Virus record (IMG/VR): IMGVR_UViG_3300042923_001352
Location: 7,490-71,489 of that record
Strand: one strand, 5' to 3'
DNA from: a virus
Length of the DNA stretch: 64,000 nt
The notes under the pieces are model-generated. The model did not search any database. It saw nothing but the letters and a program-made list of their open reading frames with translations, and was not told the DNA's origin. Both the position numbers and the translations under genes were made by a program. Below, piece after piece: positions 57,350-64,000 of this stretch; positions within the stretch are counted from its first letter, which is position 1, and each line of letters opens with the position of its first letter.

Positions 57350-59416
57350 TTGAAATTAAGATCAATGGGTGTTAAAAATTTAGCATCGTACAAGGAAGAA
57401 ACTTTTAATTTTGATGATACTGCAGACTTGTTTGCAATAATCGGAGCTAATGGTGGGGGTAAGAGCACCTTCTTTGTTGAAGCTATTACAATTGCATTAT
57501 TCAATAGAGCACGTTCAAGTACATCTCAAGGTACTGGTGTAGAAAAATTAGTTACACTTGGTGAGGATGAGCTGGAAATCGATTTTGAATTTGAAATTGG
57601 TGGACAACACGTTAGAGTTATTCGTCGTCGTTTTGTTAAGGGCGGACAAGAACTTGAACTCTTTATTGATGGAGTAAATCACACTGACAAGATCAAGGAA
57701 ACTCAAGCAAAATTAGAAAGTCTTATTAAGATGGATTTTGAAACATTCTTGGATTCTGTGTGTATTAGTCAAGGTAAATCTGGTAACTTTATGGAAAAAC
57801 CAGCTAATGAACGTAAGGATGTATTTACTCAAATTCTTTCTTTAGATAAATATGATGTACTTCAAGAATACACAAAAGAATTGCGCAAGGAAAGTAAAGA
57901 TAAAATTGCTAAGTTAAAGGAAAAACTTGAAGATATTGGTGAGTCTGTAAAGCTCAAGGCTCAATATGACGGTGAAATTCTTCAAGGTAATCAAGAAATT
58001 AGTCAGCTTAATCTTGATATTGCTCTTAAAGATGATGAACTCGAACTTGAAGTAAAGGAAAAAGCTCGTTATGAACAATTGATTCAAAACAGAAACGAAA
58101 TTTTAAGAAAGAGACAAAATCTTGAAACTAAAATTTCAAATACCGAAGAATCAATTAAGAAGGGTGCAACTCTTAAACAACAGTATGAAGGTATTATAGA
58201 GTCTAAAGATTCAGTATTGTCTTCACTAGAAAAATTAAACACTGATCTTTCTGAAGCTACAGCTAATTATCAAGAATTAAGTACTCAAAAGGCTACCTTA
58301 GAAGGTACTAATAATGTATTGACCGGACAAGCAAGAGATATTAAAGAGAAACATACTCGTTTGAAAGATTACAATGAAGCTGGTTGTAATTTTTGTGGAC
58401 AAGACATTACTGAAACTCATAAACAAAAACATCTTGATGATATGATGAATGAAGCTAGGGGTTACATGACTCAAATCAAAAACAATGGTACTAAAATTAC
58501 AGAACTTACAAGTGAAATGTCTGTGGTTAAAGGCAATTCTAGTACTTGGCAAGCGCAAGTTAAAACTCTTCAAGATCAAAAATTTCAAATTGAACAAGCT
58601 GAAACCAAACTTTCTGGCGTTATTACTCGTTTACAAGAACTTGAGGCTGAGTTAGTTGGAATAAGAGTTGAATATGACGAAGCTATGATTGCTAAGATTG
58701 AAGAAGTTCAAGGCAGAATATTTCAAGATTTAACTATCAGAACAGAACTTAATACTTTACGTAATCAATTAACTGGTTGGCAAAATAAAGTAGCTATTGC
58801 TTCAAATGAATTGAAGAAAATAGCAAAAGAAGAGGCTGGTATTCTCAAAATTGAGAATGAATTGAAGGAAGTGCAAGAAGAATATGCTCTTCTTGATGAT
58901 TTAACTACTGCTTGGGGTAAAGAGGGTATTCAAGCAATCATTATTGATAACTCGCTTGAAGATATTCAAACAGAAATTAATGATGTGTTAGGCGCTTTAA
59001 CCAATGATCAAATGGAAATTGAGTTTATTACTCAAAAAGAAAAAGGCAAAGGTAAGAAGGCAACTTCTATTGAAACTCTTGATATTATCGTAAGTGGACA
59101 AGACGGTTCTAGAGCTTACGAGACATACTCTGGTGGAGAGAAATTCCGTGTAGACTTTGCGTGTCACGTTGGTTTAGCTAAATTCTTAGCTAAACGTGCC
59201 GGAGCTTCGATTGATTTCTTTATTGTAGATGAAGGTGTGGGTTCGCAAGATGAAATTGCAAAAGAAAATTTCGTTGCAGTTATGAATAAATTGACAACAA
59301 TTTTTAACAAGGTGATGGTTATCACTCATATCCCAGATGTCATAGATTCCTTCCACCATAAGGTTGAGGTTTACAAAGATCCAATTAATGGAAGTAAAAT
59401 CAGAATTGTAAATTAA
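57350..59416 (+). CDS. sbcC: SbcC/Rad50 SMC-type ATPase
   Basis: Walker A GANGGGKST, Q-loop ISQG, zinc hook CNFC, signature YSGGE, Walker B VDEG, ITH; long coiled coils. Confidence 0.92.
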   Translation: MKLRSMGVKNLASYKEETFNFDDTADLFAIIGANGGGKSTFFVEAITIALFNRARSSTSQGTGVEKLVTLGEDELEIDFEFEIGGQHVRVIRRRFVKGGQELELFIDGVNHTDKIKETQAKLESLIKMDFETFLDSVCISQGKSGNFMEKPANERKDVFTQILSLDKYDVLQEYTKELRKESKDKIAKLKEKLEDIGESVKLKAQYDGEILQGNQEISQLNLDIALKDDELELEVKEKARYEQLIQNRNEILRKRQNLETKISNTEESIKKGATLKQQYEGIIESKDSVLSSLEKLNTDLSEATANYQELSTQKATLEGTNNVLTGQARDIKEKHTRLKDYNEAGCNFCGQDITETHKQKHLDDMMNEARGYMTQIKNNGTKITELTSEMSVVKGNSSTWQAQVKTLQDQKFQIEQAETKLSGVITRLQELEAELVGIRVEYDEAMIAKIEEVQGRIFQDLTIRTELNTLRNQLTGWQNKVAIASNELKKIAKEEAGILKIENELKEVQEEYALLDDLTTAWGKEGIQAIIIDNSLEDIQTEINDVLGALTNDQMEIEFITQKEKGKGKKATSIETLDIIVSGQDGSRAYETYSGGEKFRVDFACHVGLAKFLAKRAGASIDFFIVDEGVGSQDEIAKENFVAVMNKLTTIFNKVMVITHIPDVIDSFHHKVEVYKDPINGSKIRIVN

Positions 59417-59432
59417 GGAGAAATTAACAATA

Positions 59433-59621
59433 ATGGCTAAATATACATTTTATGTATCAACAGGATACGCTGGCGCTAGTAAAGAAGAAACAGTTGAAAT
59501 ACCAGACGAGGACCTTGAAGGCAAGACAGAAAAGGAAATCGAAGAAATAGTGCAAGAAGAATATGATGCATGGGTTAACAATAATGCTGAATTATCATGG
59601 TGGAAAATTGAAGAAGATTAA
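59433..59621 (+). CDS. small acidic hypothetical protein
   Basis: AAGGAG RBS, 62 aa. Confidence 0.65.
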   Translation: MAKYTFYVSTGYAGASKEETVEIPDEDLEGKTEKEIEEIVQEEYDAWVNNNAELSWWKIEED

Positions 59622-59758
59622 ATTATTGCGCTCCTGTAATCCAGGGGCGTTTTATTTTTAAATCTAACTCTTATTTAAAATTCATCATGCTTCTTTATAC
59701 AATATACTCAGTAATAAGGAATATGCTACATATTCTGGATAAGGGAGGTAAAAACAGA

Positions 59759-60391
59759 ATGGCTAAACCTGGAGATATTTCAGAACAACCCAACACGGAT
59801 TTTGAAGATGCTTTAGATGTTGTTTCAAAAAGTGCTGAAACAAGTACTGGAACAATGGTTGAGTTAGAACAAATGGTTTTTGGCATTTTAGCTACATTAC
59901 CAAGATTGAACCGCAATAAGCTTCGTTTAGAGATGGAAGACATGACTGTTAGGATTCAACAAAGTCCTACCACTGCAGACCTTAATGAAGGTTTATATTT
60001 AGCTCAAGGATATAAGGATCGTTTGGCTGAGATTTATTCCTTAGCTGTAAGCGAATTTAAGACCAGAGAGCGTTGCGTTGATATGTTATTTGATGCATAT
60101 AACGTTGTATCAACCGGCAAATCTGCAGATGTTCGTCGTGGAGCTGCTACAATGAAGTATCCGCATCTTTTAATTCAATTAGAGGCGGCTGAAACTTTTG
60201 TTAAGGTTGTTGAGCACGTACTTCAAAATATTAAATCTGCGCATGAGTCAGTTTCTCGTCAGATTTCATTGATGCAAATACAACTTCAACTCGGAGAGGT
60301 TAGACGTGAATCAAAAACATCTAATTTTCCTAATAATGATGTTGAAGGTCGTTCAAGCGGTAACAAAGAACTATCTTGGGACAGTATGTAA
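59759..60391 (+). CDS. helical protein, possibly UvsY-like recombination mediator
   Basis: GGGAGG RBS; all-helical, between sbcC and SSB; function inferred mainly from context. Confidence 0.45.
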   Translation: MAKPGDISEQPNTDFEDALDVVSKSAETSTGTMVELEQMVFGILATLPRLNRNKLRLEMEDMTVRIQQSPTTADLNEGLYLAQGYKDRLAEIYSLAVSEFKTRERCVDMLFDAYNVVSTGKSADVRRGAATMKYPHLLIQLEAAETFVKVVEHVLQNIKSAHESVSRQISLMQIQLQLGEVRRESKTSNFPNNDVEGRSSGNKELSWDSM

Positions 60392-60538
60392 AAGTAAAAA
60401 TAACTCAGGTTGTTAAAATTCATCAACAATCTGATTATTATATATCATCAAGAAAACTTGATAAACAAACTACAAAATTAGAAACGCCCAAGTAACTTGG
60501 ATAAGTTCCAGAGGCGCAAAAAACAGGAGGCAATAACG

Positions 60539-61192
60539 ATGGGTGAAATGGATTGGGGTAATGTACGAGTAGGTGGAACGGGTGAAGGTACACCGTTTAT
60601 GAAGTTGGAAAGTGGTATTAATCAAGTTCGTGTTGTTGGTCGTCCATTCCAAGTGGATATTCACTGGGAAAAAGGTTTAGACGGTCAAAACAAGAAAGTT
60701 GTTTGTCCAGGTGCTGGATGCCCACTTTGCAAAAAAGGTCACGTTCCAATGGCTCGTTACCAAGTATTGGTAATTGATCGTAAGGATGCAAAAGTAAAAA
60801 TCCTTGAAGGCGGTCCTCGTATTTTCAGTTCCGTTAAAGAATACGCTATGGATTCTGACTATGGAGATCCTACTAAATATGATTTGAAAATCAAAAAAGA
60901 AGGTTCCGGTCGCGAAACTAAGTATACTGTAATGGCTGCTCCTAACAAATCAAATCTTACAGCTGATGAGCAAAATGCAGTTAATAACTCCAAGTCTTTA
61001 ACTGACATTAACAAACCAAAATCAATTGAAGAAATTCTTCAAATGGGTATTGAATGTTTGGCTGATTCAGTTGCTGGTCTTGGCGATGATAGTAGTGCTT
61101 GGGGAACAGCTCCGAATAAAGGTAATTCAGGTAGTGGAGATGGAGAAACTGCTGATTTACAAATTAGCGATGATGATTGGGATCAGTTGTAA
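60539..61192 (+). CDS. T4 gp32-like single-stranded DNA-binding protein
   Basis: FMKL..G.N.VR, H...C....CPLC Zn site, GDP..YDLKIKKEGSGRETKY, acidic tail DDDWDQL; AGGAGG RBS favours ATG 60539. Confidence 0.8.
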   Translation: MGEMDWGNVRVGGTGEGTPFMKLESGINQVRVVGRPFQVDIHWEKGLDGQNKKVVCPGAGCPLCKKGHVPMARYQVLVIDRKDAKVKILEGGPRIFSSVKEYAMDSDYGDPTKYDLKIKKEGSGRETKYTVMAAPNKSNLTADEQNAVNNSKSLTDINKPKSIEEILQMGIECLADSVAGLGDDSSAWGTAPNKGNSGSGDGETADLQISDDDWDQL

Positions 61193-61206
61193 TACAATAA
61201 TCATCT

Positions 61207-61238
61207 AAAAAGCTACAGTGAAAACTGTAGCTTTTTTT
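61207..61238 (+). terminator. intrinsic terminator
   Basis: AAAAAGCTACAGT-GAAA-ACTGTAGCTTTTT. Confidence 0.85.
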
Positions 61239-61272
61239 ATATCATTAAAAGTAAATATTGGAGGAATTTTTA

Positions 61273-62109
61273 ATGTTGGTTTTACTCATTGGTAAGAGTG
61301 GATGCGGAAAATCAGAAATCGCAAAGCATTTTCAAGAATTGATTGCTTTTACAACAAGAAAAATGAGAGACAATGAAATTGATGGTATTCAATATCATTT
61401 TAAAGATAAAACTTACATTGAGAATGAAATTAGTAAGCTAAAGGGTACGCCAGATGATTTTATTCTTGAATATGGAAAATATGGCGAACACTATTACGGA
61501 ACGCTGAAGTCAGAATTTGATGAAAAAATAAGTAAGTATGATATTGTTGTAAATACATCTGAAATAGAAGGCGCTTTGGTTATGCGTAAAAAATTTCCAA
61601 ACTTGGTAAGGCTAATTTGGGTTGATGTTAACGAATCTATTAGAGTTAAAAGACTTATGGGCAGAGCCGTTGAAACTGGTGAATCTGAATCTAATATTCA
61701 TGAGAGAATCAATGAAGACTTCAGAAACAAAGAACAAGCACTTTGTGATTACACTATTCACAATAATGTTTCAATCTATAACGCAGTAAATGCAATTAAG
61801 AGATATGTTGAAATACTTAAGAACGAAAACAAGATTGGAGCTTTAGATGCGCTCAAATTACTTAAGCAAGAAATAACAAGTCAAGAGATGATTTGGAAAT
61901 ACTATGAAATGATGATTGAATATGATATGTATCAAAAAAGTTATAAGAAAAACAATAGTGTTGATGCAACTATTAATAAGATAGAACAAGACATATCTTA
62001 TTTTAAAAGTATAGAACAATTTCAGAATATGCATGTGACTAATGCTATTAATGTAGTACGTGATTATTTAAACGCTGTTCAAACTGAATTAGCAATGAAC
62101 TTATCATAA
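61273..62109 (+). CDS. guanylate kinase-like (d)NMP kinase with C-terminal extension
   Basis: GKSGCGKS, TTRKMRDNEIDGIQYHF, YGEHYYGT motifs; GGAGG RBS. Confidence 0.8.
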   Translation: MLVLLIGKSGCGKSEIAKHFQELIAFTTRKMRDNEIDGIQYHFKDKTYIENEISKLKGTPDDFILEYGKYGEHYYGTLKSEFDEKISKYDIVVNTSEIEGALVMRKKFPNLVRLIWVDVNESIRVKRLMGRAVETGESESNIHERINEDFRNKEQALCDYTIHNNVSIYNAVNAIKRYVEILKNENKIGALDALKLLKQEITSQEMIWKYYEMMIEYDMYQKSYKKNNSVDATINKIEQDISYFKSIEQFQNMHVTNAINVVRDYLNAVQTELAMNLS

Positions 62110-62125
62110 ATCATTATAAAAACTG

Positions 62126-62154
62126 TTTACAAATTCGACAATATATGATATAAT
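62126..62154 (+). promoter_or_regulatory. sigmaA-type early promoter with extended -10
   Basis: TTTACA-17nt-TATAAT with TG. Confidence 0.7.
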
Positions 62155-62184
62155 AATATTATATTATATAACATTGTTGGAGGA

Positions 62185-62520
62185 ATGAACGTGGAAAACA
62201 GGTATAAAGACTTTTACGAAGGAACTACGCACAAAAAACTGAAGCACATTCTTGATGCAGTAATTTATACCCTTCGGCCTTATGGAGATAATTTCGATGT
62301 CTTAGTTGATGTTTCGATTAAAATTACAAAAAACATCACCTGGGACAAGTTTGAATCTACAGATATGTACGAGTTGTTTACCGTTCTTGAAGGCTTGGTT
62401 CACACTTTGATTAATATTGAAAGTGAAATTAAAGCTCCTGATTTTGAAAAGATTAAACAGGTTATTGAACCACTTGAAATTGTCATTACTGAAATCAAAA
62501 TGGCTTACACAATTGATTAA
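62185..62520 (+). CDS. hypothetical protein
   Basis: GGAGGA RBS (start may be GTG 62191). Confidence 0.65.
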   Translation: MNVENRYKDFYEGTTHKKLKHILDAVIYTLRPYGDNFDVLVDVSIKITKNITWDKFESTDMYELFTVLEGLVHTLINIESEIKAPDFEKIKQVIEPLEIVITEIKMAYTID

Positions 62521-62540
62521 AAAATAGGAGGAAATAAAAA

Positions 62541-63329
62541 ATGGTTAGTTTAACAAAAGAAACTTTTATTAATTTAAAAAAGCAAGCGGTTGATGCAGTA
62601 AATAAGGCAGGTCTTGGTAATCAAACTGCTAAAGTTGGTTTTGCATTAGATATTTCGGGTTCAATGAGTAATAATTTTAGAAGAAATGTAGTACAACAAG
62701 TTACTGAACGTATGCTTGCTCTTGGAATTAAATTTGATGATAATGAAGCTATCGATATTTTCTTATTTGGTGTTAATGATTATGAAGTTGGAGAATTAAC
62801 AGAGGATAAATTTGAAAATTATGTTGATAATAAAATTAGTAAAAAATATCCACTTGAAGGTGGAACCAGATATGCTGGTGTAATCAAGCGTATCATGCAA
62901 AAATACGTTCCAGGCTTTGACCTTCCAAAAGTGGTTGAAACATCAACATCTTCTGGTGGATGGTTTGGTTTTGGCAAGAAATCCAAAACGGAAGCATTAG
63001 TGGTAGAAGAAAAAGTTATAACTCCGTTGGACGAGCCGGTTTACATTATCTTTGTTACTGATGGAGATAATTCTGATCACGAAGCAGCAGAAGCTTTAAT
63101 AAGAGAGGCATCAAAGTACGGAGTATTTTGGAAGTTTGTTGGCATTGGTGGTGATGGATTTAAATTCTTAAAGGGTCTAGATAATTTAAGAGATCGTTTC
63201 ATTGATAATGCTCACTTTATAGAAGTTAATGATATAGCAAACATTGACGACGAAGAGTTATTTGATCGTTTGTTAATTGAATTTCCTGATTGGGTTAATG
63301 TTGCGAGAAGTAAAAATTTAATTAAATAA
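62541..63329 (+). CDS. vWA domain protein (TerF-associated type)
   Basis: MIDAS DISGSM, GGTRYA, FVTDGDN, FWKFVGIG, LDNL..R.IDNA.F. Confidence 0.85.
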   Translation: MVSLTKETFINLKKQAVDAVNKAGLGNQTAKVGFALDISGSMSNNFRRNVVQQVTERMLALGIKFDDNEAIDIFLFGVNDYEVGELTEDKFENYVDNKISKKYPLEGGTRYAGVIKRIMQKYVPGFDLPKVVETSTSSGGWFGFGKKSKTEALVVEEKVITPLDEPVYIIFVTDGDNSDHEAAEALIREASKYGVFWKFVGIGGDGFKFLKGLDNLRDRFIDNAHFIEVNDIANIDDEELFDRLLIEFPDWVNVARSKNLIK

Positions 63330-63583
63330 GATTTAAAGAAAAGCCAAGGTATTTTGCCTTGGTTTTTTTGTGCTGTTTTCATGAAATTTGAGATTTTACA
63401 TGATTTGGTTATCATTACAGAAACACTGACAATTCATTGCTGATGATAATAAATGACACTAAATATTAATCTTTAGAAGGATGATTTTGAAGATGAAATC
63501 AATCAAAATATGATTCTAATTAAAATTGAATGGACAATTTCTTATAATAATATATCTTGATAAATTGATGAGAAGGTGTTTAA

Positions 63584-63892
63584 ATGAACAAGGTTGAACT
63601 TGGGAATGACTTAGAATTGCTTTTACTTGACTTAACTAAAATTGCAAGAAAATACAACATGAAAAATTTTAAAGGCATTATTTCTGACACTTTAAGGGTA
63701 ATCATTGACCAATCGTATGATTTAATTCATTTGAACTTTCAATCAAATGAGTTGATTGGTAAGCTGCAAAAAATTGATAAAGGCATTGTAACTTTGAATG
63801 GTAAAATGGGTTATAATGATTACGAAAGATTTAAAGAGATTTCTGAAGAATTAGGAGTTCATATAGTAGCACTAACTTTAAAAAATGCATAG
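63584..63892 (+). CDS. hypothetical protein
   Basis: AAGGTG RBS. Confidence 0.6.
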   Translation: MNKVELGNDLELLLLDLTKIARKYNMKNFKGIISDTLRVIIDQSYDLIHLNFQSNELIGKLQKIDKGIVTLNGKMGYNDYERFKEISEELGVHIVALTLKNA

Positions 63893-63902
63893 AGGTGAAA
63901 AT

Positions 63903-64000
63903 GTGGATAATGTAGAAGTAGGAAATGAAAATTTAGAAAAAGCAGTTATTCTTGGTTCATTTGTTGCAGACTTCACCTCAAAAATGGATGGAGTATTGAC
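63903..64000 (+). CDS. 5' part of a hypothetical protein (runs off window)
   Basis: GAGGTG RBS, GTG start, open frame to window end. Confidence 0.45.
   Translation, partial: MDNVEVGNENLEKAVILGSFVADFTSKMDGVL

Noticed and set aside
1139-63415. Numerous minus-strand and short alternative-frame ORFs in the ORF track
   Set aside because: They lie inside longer + strand genes with clear motifs and RBSs and look like antisense or frame shadows of AT-rich coding DNA.
63330-63583. tRNA or other ncRNA in this longer intergenic gap
   Set aside because: Only a terminator hairpin and AT-rich promoter-like sequence; no cloverleaf or T-loop motif found by eye here or in the other gaps.

Overview
AT-rich (roughly 30% GC by eye) 64-kb segment of a very large tailed phage genome, most likely a Bacillus/Priestia-type jumbo myophage; every credible gene is on the + strand. 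Layout: (1) 1-11.3 kb, early/accessory region: 3' end of a thymidylate-synthase-fold enzyme with the dCMP-type Asp, an RsfA-like sporulation regulator, a PrpE/Pnkp-type phosphoesterase, an ADP-ribosyltransferase-like gene next to a TIGR02452 PARG, a DEDDh exonuclease fusion, an R2K ATP-grasp protein and many small ORFs separated by terminator+sigmaA-type promoter modules; (2) DnaE (Pol III alpha) with a 246-aa intein; (3) metallophosphoesterase, Dps-like protein and a second (R-S-E type) ART-like protein; (4) 20.7-51.5 kb, a fibre/receptor-binding region: three mosaic fibre proteins, then four tandem paralogous two-gene cassettes (an Mtd_N-like/Ig/Fn3 stalk protein, usually with a LamG-like tip, plus a beta-helix depolymerase-like protein), three of them preceded by a repeated ~130-bp leader; (5) RuvC-like resolvase, NADAR, GIY-YIG homing endonuclease, SbcD/SbcC, gp32-like SSB, guanylate-kinase-like and vWA proteins. 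Most notable: the cassette array, a shared N-terminal MKRLxK(K)A peptide on three unrelated proteins (candidate capsid-packaging signal for injected effectors), and RBS-sequestering hairpins. All family calls come from motif recognition by eye; no database searches were run.
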